From NCBI GenBank assembly GCA_051747585.1, contig JBNJGH010000005.1, positions 1 to 64,000 of the forward strand: 64,000 bases of DNA, read 5' to 3'. A program made the translations under genes and the position numbers. The DNA comes from Candidatus Rifleibacteriota bacterium. GTDB lineage: Bacteria > Muiribacteriota > Ozemobacteria > Ozemobacterales > Ozemobacteraceae. Shown one piece after another: positions 1 through 9,501 of this stretch (position 1 is its first letter; each line of letters starts with the position of its first letter). Below the pieces are notes generated by a model. That model made no database searches. It saw only the letters and a list, made by a program, of their open reading frames with translations, and was not told the origin of the DNA.

Positions 1-1469
1 ACAAGTAATTTTGTGGTAACTTCAATTGTTTCATTATCGATCACCTGAGCTGAAAGCCAGTTAAAATCATATTGGTTAATATTATAGGTTTCAAACCTGT
101 CGAGCATTATAGCACGCAATTCGTCTTTTTTATCGGCGGCTCCGCTGATACTGGTAAAGTCTTCGGCAACATAAGCCATATAACGATCAGTTCTTTGAAT
201 GTCAGATAAATCATTATCTTCGAGAATGACTCCAAGATCAGCATAGGCTGTTTTAATTTGATTCAAGCCATCTTCAATCGAGCCGGGGACATAGACGCGA
301 GTGCCGGCATCGAGATCGACTCTGTATTCGATTTTGCTGTTATCTGCTTTTTTAATAACCAGATAAGCCAATGACTCATAATCAGCAAGCAGAGATGCTA
401 CGCTCGAACCGGTCAAATCATCATCTATATCGCTTAAATAATTTACCCAGGTCAGACCTGAATCAGATAAACCGCTGCTTGAGTAAGTAGAAGCGTTTTG
501 TGCCGGGTTCCAGCGCAAAACAAAGGGGCTGTTTTTAAAGTTATTATAACCGGCGAGTAACACAGAACCATCATTTAGCATAAGAAACTGACTGATAGCA
601 CCGTAGTTTCGACAATAAGTCATCAGCGTGCCATCGCTTGTGCTGATTTTACTTACCAATTCATCATTTTCAGAAGCATGTTTCCAATAAACCAGGCCAT
701 AACCGCCGAGCCCCTGCCTCAGAACTTGATTGACCTGCATATTTTGCGGGCTGGTTGTCCATAAATAGCTACCTGACCAATATTGAGAGGCAGTTTTAGA
801 GATTGTGCCAATATTTAAAGTATCGGCAGAAGTTGCATCGGCAGAAATATTAACAAAGCCCGAAGGAGCAATCTGACTGACAACGCTGCTTAGAATTTCA
901 TCAAAATCACTACCTGCCGCCTTGCTCTCTATGGTTGTAACCAATGTTTCATCAGCACTTGCCATAAGCGACGAATTATTAAAAAATTGCCGGGCGACTC
1001 TGGCGATAAGATCGGTTTGATCGCCGTTGCCGGCAGCGGTCGGAACAATCGTATTAGTTTGATCGGCTTTTAAATCTTTTGCCGCGTGAAAAATTCTCGA
1101 GCCTGCAATTGAAGCGTTGTTTAAAACGACCTGAACAACAACCGGCCGGGCCATAACAGACTCAAAAGTTACCGCGGCTGAATTTGCGTTGGTATTAATA
1201 TCTACTTCTTTAACCAGTTTGAAGTATGGTTGTTCTGCATTACCGGGATTTGCCACCATAACAATGACTTTAACGGTATATGCGGTGCTAGCCGCTCTTA
1301 TGCTGCCAAGGGTTTCGGGGCTCAATAAAACTCTTACATTTGCCGTCGGGGAATTTTGTTTGAGCGCAACAGACTGCCTGACATCCGTATCTACAGGGTT
1401 AAGAGCACAACCTGAGAACAAGACCGAAACAGCAACAACTAATAATATACCAACCTTTTTAAACCACAC
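1..1469 (-). CDS. Large hypothetical lipoprotein (partial, runs off window start)
   Basis: Not in the ORF track. GTG start at 1469 with upstream GGAG. N-terminus reads MWFKKVGILLVVAVSVLFSGC (lipobox). The same frame is open at the window edge (...WLSAQVIDNETIEVTTKLL); the middle was not fully translated. Confidence 0.8.
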   Translation of the reverse strand, partial: MWFKKVGILLVVAVSVLFSGCALNPVDTDVRQSVALKQNSPTANVRVLLSPETLGSIRAASTAYTVKVIVMVANPGNAEQPYFKLVKEVDINTNANSAAVTFESVMARPVVVQVVLNNASIAGSRIFHAAKDLKADQTNTIVPTAAGNGDQTDLIARVARQFFNNSSLMASADETLVTTIESKAAGSDFDEILSSVVSQIAPSGFVNISADATSADTLNIGTISKTASQYWSGSYLWTTSPQNMQVNQVLRQGLGGYGLVYWKHASENDELVSKISTSDGTLMTYCRNYGAISQFLMLNDGSVLLAGYNNFKNSPFVLRWNPAQNASTYSSSGLSDSGLTWVNYLSDIDDDLTGSSVASLLADYESLAYLVIKKADNSKIEYRVDLDAGTRVYVPGSIEDGLNQIKTAYADLGVILEDNDLSDIQRTDRYMAYVAEDFTSISGAADKKDELRAIMLDRFETYNINQYDFNWLSAQVIDNETIEVTTKLL

Positions 1470-1564
1470 TTTTGTATGCTCCAGATAGTTAATTGAAACA
1501 AAATTATATCACAATCTACAGTATATACAAATCCAGTAAGGGCACAAAATAAACGACAACTATT

Positions 1565-1602
1565 CTGGATTCCTGATCCGGTTAAAACCGGTCAGGAATG
1601 AC
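1565..1602. repeat. REP-like palindrome (GGATTCC...GGAATGAC class)
   Basis: ctggATTCCTGAtCCGGTT-aa-AACCGGTCAGGAATgac forms a hairpin with one bulged base. Confidence 0.7.
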
Positions 1603-1688
1603 GGGTCTTTTTTCGGGATCGGGATTGATATCGGGTTTCGGTGAAAGAAAAACCTTACTAAATTCAATATATGATGACAACCACAAAT

Positions 1689-1732
1689 TGTCATTGCGAG
1701 GAGTTCTGCAAAGCAGAACGACGAAGCAATCT
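1689..1732 (+). repeat. GTCATTGCGAG...GAAGCAATCT palindromic intergenic repeat, copy 1
   Basis: tgtcattgcgaggagttctgcaaagcagaacgacgaagcaatct; a second, inverted copy lies at 17494-17527. Confidence 0.8.
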
Positions 1733-1844
1733 TTGATATGCTAAAATTTAGTTCATAACAAAGAACACAAAAATGTCTTGAAACTTGCCAATATTGCTAA
1801 ATGGATTATTACTGCTAATTTACCGTGGGTCTTTCTGATAAAAA

Positions 1845-1874
1845 TGTAGGGGCACAAAATTTTGTGCCCCTACA
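1845..1874. repeat. GTAG-type REP, perfect 30-bp palindrome
   Basis: TGTAGGGGCACAAAA|TTTTGTGCCCCTACA, about 35 nt past the stop of 1909..2841. A degenerate half copy (gtaagggcacaaaat) lies at 1536-1550. Confidence 0.8.
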
Positions 1875-1908
1875 AGTGCGCGTTGTGGTTTAGTTAATTA
1901 GTCAGCGG

Positions 1909-2841
1909 CTATTTGCGGTGGACGAGGACGCCGGTTACGCGGCGATCTTCGGTGGTTTTAACCATGACTTCAGTTCCGGCAGGCACTTCGATATCATCGC
2001 CTTTTACAAAAGCGCCACCTGCAAGACCGATTGGGCCAAGAATAAAATAACCCAGAGTCGATGCGCCGGCCGCCATGCCAATTCTTCGCTTATCAAAGCG
2101 TTCCTGACCGGCATAGGCAACTCTAACCGGAATTTCGGTAGAATCCATGCTTTCGACACTGTCAATATCGAGATTGATATAACCGGATCGGCCGAATCTA
2201 CCGCCTCTTCTGACTCCGGCTACTTTTGCACTTATAATTCCACCGTGACTGAGAACAAGAATATTATGATTTACAAACATGTCGTGAGCCATGGTCATTT
2301 GAACCAAATCGCCCTTTTTAGCGCTGCGACTGGAAATAGTTTTTCCGATTTTAAGCTTTATTTCTGTTCCGGCCGGAATAACAACTGAATGCAGCGATAT
2401 AAGACCGTTTTCTATTGTAAGATGAACCAGCTGTTCGAGTCTAAAAGCAGCAGGCTCAAAAGAAACTGCTCCGATCACCTGGCGATCGAGCTCGGCCAGA
2501 CGAGTTTCGAGATCTCCCCGGCCGGTTTTGTTAAAAAGTTTCCATTCAAGAAAACTAAGCTTCATATCTAACGAAGGAGTGTCAGAGTTCCCTTTGAAAA
2601 TAAAGTCGTGCAGATATTTAACTTTTTCTTTTAAAGATTTGGTGGTTTTACGTCCGAACAAATCTTCTTCAAGCTGAGCTGCTCTTGTCTCCGGCAAACC
2701 GGTTTGAATGTCGCCATAAACATAACGCTCCACCTTACTAAGTTTGAGGTTGTCTGCATCACTAACACCTGTATCAGAATACGAAGGAACACAACCAAGA
2801 GTCACAAGCAGCAGTATTGCCAGAATAATTCTAATTTTCAT
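1909..2841 (-). CDS. Exported envelope protein: N-terminal helical repeats (LE..VYG...R...LE..LFG) plus C-terminal TrbI/VirB10-like beta domain with glycine zipper
   Basis: Signal/lipo-signal (LLLVTLGC). Motifs IPAGTEIKLK..ISSRSAKKGD, GRFGRSG, GPIGLAGGAFVKG and VPAGT. Confidence 0.6.
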   Translation of the reverse strand: MKIRIILAILLLVTLGCVPSYSDTGVSDADNLKLSKVERYVYGDIQTGLPETRAAQLEEDLFGRKTTKSLKEKVKYLHDFIFKGNSDTPSLDMKLSFLEWKLFNKTGRGDLETRLAELDRQVIGAVSFEPAAFRLEQLVHLTIENGLISLHSVVIPAGTEIKLKIGKTISSRSAKKGDLVQMTMAHDMFVNHNILVLSHGGIISAKVAGVRRGGRFGRSGYINLDIDSVESMDSTEIPVRVAYAGQERFDKRRIGMAAGASTLGYFILGPIGLAGGAFVKGDDIEVPAGTEVMVKTTEDRRVTGVLVHRK

Positions 2842-2861
2842 ATTATGCCTCCGCGTTTATA

Positions 2862-3770
2862 TCATTTTGCAATTGTTTTTTTATTTTTTTCTTCAGATTT
2901 TTTTAACGGCAATAATCCCTGTTTTTTTTCTTTTTCGGGATCAAATACTATTACAATCTGACGTTCTTCTTCGGGATTTACAGTCAACTGGCGGCAAAAG
3001 CCTGCGACAATTTCTGCATCTGTCTGATCAACCGTAACATCACGTTGAGCCAGCTGAGTGACATAAGCTCTGGAAATCATGTAATCCTGTTCTTTAAGAT
3101 CTTTGCGAGCGGCTACTATATCGTCAGAATAGATAATTGCCGGTCGGCTGAATCGCTCGGGCTGAGGCGACATAGCCTCTTGAAACAACAGTTCACCGCC
3201 TTGAGCAAATATTCTTGGAAAAACAGAGGGTTCGAAATAATAATCTCTGACATCGAGAATCAACTTTTTAAATTCAGGATTGGGAAGATCTTTATGCGCA
3301 AGACCGGCGCTGTATGATGCGAGAAACATAGTAGGCTTCTGGGGCTGCGGTCTAAGCGCAGCGAGATAAAGAGCCGACCTTAAACTGTGTTTGCCATTAA
3401 AAGGAATTTCGATTCGGCAGCGTGCCATACCTGTATTATCCGGCTGGTAAAAAGTTTTTTCAGCCGAAAGCAAAATAAACCCCAGCCGTTCTTTAAGCGC
3501 CGGATTAGTTTGCAACACATGACGGACAAGCTTGTCCTGCATCAGGGGAAGATCGAGTATTTCTTCGTAAGCATGGTGCAAAGCATCCATCCAGGCTCTC
3601 GATCGTTCGCGATCAAAAGCATATTCATTGTCATTCCAGGGTGTTCCTGCAAGGCCCCAAACCTCAAGTTTTTGCCTGAGAAAGGTTTTAAAATCAACAT
3701 TCTCCGCCTGCAGCATAGAGGCGGAAAAAGCTATAAATGCCAATGTTAATAATGTAAGGCGTTTTTTCAT
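2862..3770 (-). CDS. Exported protein, LPP20-family-like
   Basis: Signal peptide. The C-terminal LILDVRD..EPSVFPRI...IVIVFD segment resembles the C-domain of LPP20-type proteins. Confidence 0.45.
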   Translation of the reverse strand: MKKRLTLLTLAFIAFSASMLQAENVDFKTFLRQKLEVWGLAGTPWNDNEYAFDRERSRAWMDALHHAYEEILDLPLMQDKLVRHVLQTNPALKERLGFILLSAEKTFYQPDNTGMARCRIEIPFNGKHSLRSALYLAALRPQPQKPTMFLASYSAGLAHKDLPNPEFKKLILDVRDYYFEPSVFPRIFAQGGELLFQEAMSPQPERFSRPAIIYSDDIVAARKDLKEQDYMISRAYVTQLAQRDVTVDQTDAEIVAGFCRQLTVNPEEERQIVIVFDPEKEKKQGLLPLKKSEEKNKKTIAK

Positions 3771-3785
3771 TCTTATATCTGCACA

Positions 3786-4832
3786 TCAATCAAAGGTCAG
3801 ATGAGCTCCTACGTAATGTTCTTGAATAACTTCACCATCGTAATAAGCATAATCTACTCTTACATGGGGAAGCAGGTTCATACCGAAACCAAGAGTAAGT
3901 GTTCCATTATGGGTTCCCATTCTCATAGTCAGGTCATTCTCGATAAACTTCTTTTCGACACCCAGACGATATTGTTGTTCAACTGCATCATCCGTATTAG
4001 TAAGATTGATAGCGTCAGCTGAAATAATTGTTCCTTTGGTAATTTCTACCGCTGCACCCATGTTAAGGCTCACACCGTTTCTATCGCCATCACCGTCAAC
4101 ATTTTCGAGAATATTTTCTACAGTAAGACCACCGGTAACTCTGTCATTATAATGGTACATAAGGCCCGCGCCCATAGACTGTGTATCTTTATTGTTATGC
4201 TGTTGCAAACTTTTTATATAGCGGTCGACGTTCATGACTCTGAACTTTATACCGCCATAGAGCTGTTCTCGAGCCAGCATGCGGCGCGCAATAGGGAATC
4301 TGGTTCCAAAAGCAATCTGCAAATCTTTTACTTCGCGCCTGACTCCGAGATATTTTCCGCCAACCAGCTGACCAAATTCTTCTGATCGATTGTCTTCCGT
4401 ATAAGAGACTCCGTAGCTGTATTTAGGTCGACGCGGAACAGGCTCTTCGAGAATATTATGCTCGAGATAATCTGTAATGGAAAATCTGTCTTCAACATGA
4501 TCTTCGTAGATATGGCCGGTAAACGCAATGCTGTTATAATCAAAAACATCGCGTTCATTTACCTTTGCCTGGATAGAAGCCTCACGCCCCTGAATCTGCG
4601 ACAACCCTGCAGGATTGTAGTAGGTTGCTGATTCATCATCTGAAAGGCCTATAAAAGCACCGCCCATGCCTCTTGAACGCGCGGACTGGGCGTTCAGAGT
4701 AGAAACTGAAACGACAAAACACAAAATATACAGCAGTAGTAAACCTGCCTTTCGCTGCAGTTTTAGTCGATTCATGAGCGGCCTCCTTTGGGAATCTATT
4801 TCTGGTGCTTTATTTTTCATCGTCATTTCCAT
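3786..4832 (-). CDS. Outer-membrane beta-barrel, FadL/PorV/TraF-like
   Basis: Signature SARSRGMGGAFIGLSDDESATYYNPAGL after the signal peptide; amphipathic strands; C-terminal ...VGAHLTFD. Confidence 0.75.
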   Translation of the reverse strand: MEMTMKNKAPEIDSQRRPLMNRLKLQRKAGLLLLYILCFVVSVSTLNAQSARSRGMGGAFIGLSDDESATYYNPAGLSQIQGREASIQAKVNERDVFDYNSIAFTGHIYEDHVEDRFSITDYLEHNILEEPVPRRPKYSYGVSYTEDNRSEEFGQLVGGKYLGVRREVKDLQIAFGTRFPIARRMLAREQLYGGIKFRVMNVDRYIKSLQQHNNKDTQSMGAGLMYHYNDRVTGGLTVENILENVDGDGDRNGVSLNMGAAVEITKGTIISADAINLTNTDDAVEQQYRLGVEKKFIENDLTMRMGTHNGTLTLGFGMNLLPHVRVDYAYYDGEVIQEHYVGAHLTFD

Positions 4833-4868
4833 ATCAAAACCTGAGAAGGTAATATTTTTTTATTGATT

Positions 4869-5924
4869 TCAGGGCCCTTTTTTTATTGGAATAAATCCTT
4901 CAGGAGCCTTTGGAGCTGGCTGAGGATTCATATCTTCAGGCCTGGTAACGGGGTCAAGTTTAATAAAACCATTTTGAGAAGCAGGCACAGGCTTGCCGGC
5001 AGGCTGTGGCGCCGGCTGCTTTACCCTCGGAGGAGTTTTTTGCTTTCTGGCACCGGGGCCGAAAACAAAAGGTACTCTTGCATACTCTATATTCATTCGA
5101 TAAGGTTCAGAACTGAAATCACGAAGGATTTTATACTGATCTTCGCCTTTATTTACAATCATATCCATAATCGGTGGATCGCCATAAGTGTCATAGCCGC
5201 CGCCAAAAGCCTTGCGAGTGGCAAAAGCCTTGACATCCCGGTTTAACAGACGATTGGGGGAAACAACATTTTCAAATCCCATTGAAAACACCTGAAATCC
5301 AGATTTGGCAGAGATACCCGGCAACTTTAATTTGCTTATTTTAATAATAACCTTATCACGCTGAATTCTTACATAGTCGGGATAAACAATATCGTCTACC
5401 TTATTTTGAAATGAAAGTTCATCAGTTTTATTGCGCAGAATATCAAAAATTTCGTATTCGGAAAGAGGGGTAACCATTATTACTTTTTCCCAGCCCAGGT
5501 TATCTGAAAATTTAACGTCTCGACCTGGCAAAGCCATGTCATAACCGGAATGAGGTCTGGCATCTATATCGATATAAATATCCCAGAGATTAGCAACAAA
5601 TCCCTGATCGAGGCTTTTTCTCGTATCAGGCCATTCACGCATAATATAATTTCTCATCTGAATTTCAAAAACAATAACCTTGCCTTCTTCATAAACACTG
5701 AAACGCTCTATATCGAAAGTGCCGCGGCGCAGGCGGTCATCTGCGGGATACTGGTAATAACCCGGGCCTTTATCGTCACCGGTATTATCGATTACATCGA
5801 GAAATGCACCTTTTTCGTAATAGTAATTAACCGGCTTATTGCCTGCCCAAACTCTCGCCAGCGGCAACACGAACATCAGTGCGATAAATAAAGCTTTAAA
5901 TTTTGTTAATTTCAACTTCATCAT
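4869..5924 (-). CDS. Exported glucodextranase C-terminal/DOMON-like domain protein with Pro-rich tail
   Basis: Motifs DNTGDDKGPGYYQYP, FDIERF, DIYID and FGGG; signal peptide; no catalytic GH domain evident. Confidence 0.7.
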   Translation of the reverse strand: MMKLKLTKFKALFIALMFVLPLARVWAGNKPVNYYYEKGAFLDVIDNTGDDKGPGYYQYPADDRLRRGTFDIERFSVYEEGKVIVFEIQMRNYIMREWPDTRKSLDQGFVANLWDIYIDIDARPHSGYDMALPGRDVKFSDNLGWEKVIMVTPLSEYEIFDILRNKTDELSFQNKVDDIVYPDYVRIQRDKVIIKISKLKLPGISAKSGFQVFSMGFENVVSPNRLLNRDVKAFATRKAFGGGYDTYGDPPIMDMIVNKGEDQYKILRDFSSEPYRMNIEYARVPFVFGPGARKQKTPPRVKQPAPQPAGKPVPASQNGFIKLDPVTRPEDMNPQPAPKAPEGFIPIKKGP

Positions 5925-7081
5925 TTCACCAATACTATTGAGTATTCTGAATCGCCTGATTCCTGATAAGGATCTTTTACCTGGCTTGTATCGCTTATAT
6001 TAAACGCATATTGATGATAGCCCGGAGCAACTCCGGTAAAGGTTCTGGTGTATACTCCATCACCGGCAACCTCATCACCGTTTGTTCCGTCATCATACAT
6101 CTGCTGCGGCTGCCAATCAGTAAAGTCTCCCACTACAGCGGGATCTTCAACTTCAAGAAAGTCGGATTTTACCAGAACAAGCTTTACTTCGCCGCTTTTC
6201 TTCGAACTCATAACTGTGGTTGGAACGTCATAAACAGTTACGCTTGTTAAATCAACCGGAACGGTTTTTACATGCAGATTTTCACTTCTGAATACCAGAT
6301 ATTCTCTGCCATTGCCTTCCATCGGCATGTTATAGCCACCGTCACTGTCACAGAATATTGAGCGAGAGCCTTTTTTGGTTGCAAGTTTTACTTCTGAATA
6401 ATTAATACCGGTTAGATCACTTGTTACCTGCCCACGGGCTACCTTAACGGTAGATTCGGGTATTATTATTTCTGAATCGCCGTTGCGGCTACCTTCTTCG
6501 TGTGGATCATCTTCATCTGAAATATCGTCTCCGCCGTAATCTACAGCTATCTGATAAAGCTGTGAGCCCGTTTTTAAATTGGTCAAACGAAGGCTGTAAA
6601 TACCATCATTTGCAAGCTTATCTCCGTGAGTTCCATCATCATACATTTGTTCTGAATCAGGATTCCATTCGGGATTGATCGATTTGACCGAAAACCCCTG
6701 AGCATCGGGGAAATCGATAATAGTTGCTATCCATTTCGCTTCACCAACTATTTTTTCATCCAGACTTATATCAGGAGCCTCGATAGACTCTTCTATTTCT
6801 GCATCAACCCAGGCATAGTCGACATCGAAGTCACGACCCCGCGCTACAAGGAGAAAACGACCGGATTCTCTGAATTCAAAAGAATATTGGCCTTCTTCAT
6901 TCACATAGGCTGATTTATCTTCGCCGGCAACCGTTACCCTTATTCCGGTCGGAACTTTACCGGCAGGAACAACTATTTTTCCTGTAACTGTTGCAACAGG
7001 AATAACCAGCGCTTCTTGAATGCAGCCGGTAGTTGTTAGAGCTGTAAAAACGAGCAACAGTAGTGATATGAGTTTTTTCAT
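5921..7081 (-). CDS. Lipoprotein with carboxypeptidase-regulatory-like domains and two DDG-motif (choice-of-anchor X / CBM48-like) modules
   Basis: MKKLISLLLLVFTALTTTGC lipobox (start 7081 after AGGA). Repeats MYDDGTHGDKLANDGIYS and MYDDGTNGDEVAGDGVYT; VVGDFTDW...YQYAF-like segment. Confidence 0.7.
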   Translation of the reverse strand: MKKLISLLLLVFTALTTTGCIQEALVIPVATVTGKIVVPAGKVPTGIRVTVAGEDKSAYVNEEGQYSFEFRESGRFLLVARGRDFDVDYAWVDAEIEESIEAPDISLDEKIVGEAKWIATIIDFPDAQGFSVKSINPEWNPDSEQMYDDGTHGDKLANDGIYSLRLTNLKTGSQLYQIAVDYGGDDISDEDDPHEEGSRNGDSEIIIPESTVKVARGQVTSDLTGINYSEVKLATKKGSRSIFCDSDGGYNMPMEGNGREYLVFRSENLHVKTVPVDLTSVTVYDVPTTVMSSKKSGEVKLVLVKSDFLEVEDPAVVGDFTDWQPQQMYDDGTNGDEVAGDGVYTRTFTGVAPGYHQYAFNISDTSQVKDPYQESGDSEYSIVLVK

Positions 7082-7091
7082 AATTTGGTTC

Positions 7092-9395
7092 CTAGAAATT
7101 TGTTTTTGCCTCAAAGATGAACATCTTCTGGGTTTCTATAAATTCTTTGTATCTTCCGTTGTCATAACTGGATATGTCCCAACGCCAGTTATCGGGGTAA
7201 TCGTAACCGTATTTAAAGCTTATGGTGGCATCGCGACTGACATCGTAAATAAGTTCGCCAAAAATATTTTCGCGATCTACCGTATCGGTCATACCATCTT
7301 TAAAATCTATTATACCGCGTGAATAGAAAGCCCGACCGCGGAATTTGTTGGTAAAATTCTTTTTGAGTTCTGTAATAATAGCATTGGCAAGACTTGAATT
7401 AGAGCCGTCAAAACTGTCTTCATAGTCGACATGCTGAACCCCGCCGGTAAAACTTGTGGTCGGAGTAAGGTTGTAGGTTGCTTCGCCAATATAGTCGACT
7501 CTAATATTTTCTTTAGGTGCATTGGCCCAGCGAACCTGATGTTCGACACTTCCCTTGGCATAAACTCTGGGATTGATATCTGAGTTAATTTCAAAATATC
7601 CGATTCTTTCGTTGTATTCGTAAATATCGCCGTCTTCTTCATGAGTGTCATCCGGATCGCTGAGCACAAAAATCTTACCCTTGGTGCTGACAGAATCAGT
7701 AAGACGAAGATTTATTTCGAGCGCATTAGATTTCCAGCCCGATTCGTTTTCCAGAGCATCCCATTTTTGAACAAAGTCATATTTGAGAGTAGTATTGTCA
7801 GTGAAGTCAGAAAGAAGCTGAAATGTGAATTTTTTACCCGAATGTCCATCAGTATCTTCAGCATCATGAGGATCGACTTCCCAGGTTTTAGAAAGATAAG
7901 TCGCTTCCATTGAGAGGTTATTGGCGATAGCCAGCAACTTATTACCGAAATCATAGTTCAAAGAAAATCTGGTAAGTTTTTCACCCTCGAAGTCGGGATT
8001 GCCATAGTTACTGTCAACATTCAGGCTGTTTGGATAATCGTCATCGTAACCAACATCATAAGCCCATATCGGAGCCATGGCAGCTCTGAAATCTTTACCG
8101 AAATCATAGTGTTTGATTGTGCCGGTAAAGCCACCGTTTTGCATACTTATATCGAAGCGTGTTCCTTCATCGCCCAGACTTTTGTCTTGTTCGGTAGCCG
8201 TATCATAATGGTAATCATCTGAAGTCAAAAATTCTGCGGTTGCGTGAACTTTACCTACTCTATCGGTAGAATAATTTACATCGACGCCCCTTACGGTATT
8301 TGAATTGCCTCTGACTTTATAATCATAAATTTTTTCTGCATAAGAAGTTCCTACAGAAAAAGTATCTTCGCTGAATTTTTTCGGAAGTTTCCAGACTACT
8401 CTACCTGTAATCATGTCAGTTTCGTCGCTGGTGCCTCTGACCATATCATTCTTCAAGACTGATCCCTGGTAAGAGACTCCACCTTCGGAGCCGGAAACTT
8501 CAACCCCCTGGTAGGGATCTACTACATAGGTGTCTTCGGTGAGAATATTCATCGGGTTATCCAGACCTGTTGCAGACTCACCCGCAAAAACTCGAACAGT
8601 CATAGACTTTGCTTTACTTATAAGGTGAAGTTTATTTGATTTTACATAGCGATCATTTTGAATTCTGTATACATAATCATCTATGTTATCGAACGGATTC
8701 TGACCATAATCTTTACCGGCCTCGTTATAAACCAGCTTATTCCAGTTATAGCCCTGCATGTAACCATAGAGCTCATAAAAGGTTTCGATACGGTCGCCAA
8801 GAGGCTTGCCGGTAAATCTCAGATATAACTGCTGATAAAAGGTTACCAGCCCCGGATCAGAAAAGGAGTCCGATCCTCCCCATTCATTTATTCCAACAGT
8901 TGCGGGATCAAGAATATACTGACCTCTACCACGATAGAAGCCGGACATGGTCACTTTTGGCAACCGATTTTCAAGATCAGCTACCTTGTTTTCGGTATCG
9001 ACCATACGGCGCTCGAGTGAATCGACTCTAACACCAAGCAAACCGAGTTCATCTCTGTATTCTTTTGTTAAACGCGAAAGAGCAGCTCTTTCTTGTTCTG
9101 TAGCGGCTTCTAAAGTTTCTTTTCTTTCTTCCATACGTTTTAATATGCGTGCGAGAATAAGAGCAACATCATATCTGGTAGTTACTTTTCGTCCCTTGAA
9201 AGTCCCATCCGGATAGCCTTCCATATAGCCTTTTCTAACGAGAAAATTCACATCAGAAAAAGACCAGTGATCTTCAGGCAGGTCTTTAAAAGCAGCCGAC
9301 TGAGCCAATACTATTACAGGCATCAGAAGGCATAAAATTGTTGCAAGAAGCCCTTTAAAAGGGAAAATTCCGCTATTGATCTTTGTTTGCCTCAT
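7092..9395 (-). CDS. SLH domain + coiled-coil + large outer-membrane beta-barrel (OmpM/SlpA-like tether/porin)
   Basis: SLH motif FKDLPEDHW...GYMEGYPDGTFKG...TRYDVA; coiled coil LTKEYRDEL..LGVRVDSLE; aromatic-rich barrel ending FEAKTNF. Confidence 0.85.
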   Translation of the reverse strand: MRQTKINSGIFPFKGLLATILCLLMPVIVLAQSAAFKDLPEDHWSFSDVNFLVRKGYMEGYPDGTFKGRKVTTRYDVALILARILKRMEERKETLEAATEQERAALSRLTKEYRDELGLLGVRVDSLERRMVDTENKVADLENRLPKVTMSGFYRGRGQYILDPATVGINEWGGSDSFSDPGLVTFYQQLYLRFTGKPLGDRIETFYELYGYMQGYNWNKLVYNEAGKDYGQNPFDNIDDYVYRIQNDRYVKSNKLHLISKAKSMTVRVFAGESATGLDNPMNILTEDTYVVDPYQGVEVSGSEGGVSYQGSVLKNDMVRGTSDETDMITGRVVWKLPKKFSEDTFSVGTSYAEKIYDYKVRGNSNTVRGVDVNYSTDRVGKVHATAEFLTSDDYHYDTATEQDKSLGDEGTRFDISMQNGGFTGTIKHYDFGKDFRAAMAPIWAYDVGYDDDYPNSLNVDSNYGNPDFEGEKLTRFSLNYDFGNKLLAIANNLSMEATYLSKTWEVDPHDAEDTDGHSGKKFTFQLLSDFTDNTTLKYDFVQKWDALENESGWKSNALEINLRLTDSVSTKGKIFVLSDPDDTHEEDGDIYEYNERIGYFEINSDINPRVYAKGSVEHQVRWANAPKENIRVDYIGEATYNLTPTTSFTGGVQHVDYEDSFDGSNSSLANAIITELKKNFTNKFRGRAFYSRGIIDFKDGMTDTVDRENIFGELIYDVSRDATISFKYGYDYPDNWRWDISSYDNGRYKEFIETQKMFIFEAKTNF

Positions 9396-9439
9396 TCTTT
9401 TTTTGAACTTTTCCTTGTTTTTGGAATGCTCCAGTTCTC

Positions 9440-9467
9440 ATATCGACACTAAATGACAAAATGCTGA
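9440..9467 (-). promoter_or_regulatory. Possible sigma28-like promoter
   Basis: TCAG-N16-GTCGATAT upstream of the SLH-barrel operon. Confidence 0.35.
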
Positions 9468-9501
9468 GAATTTAGGGAAAAAAAACTGTTATATTATAAA
9501 A

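Noticed and set aside
3786..4832. Type IX secretion system based on the PorV-like barrel
   Set aside because: The signature is shared with FadL/TraF-like barrels, and no other T9SS components are recognisable.
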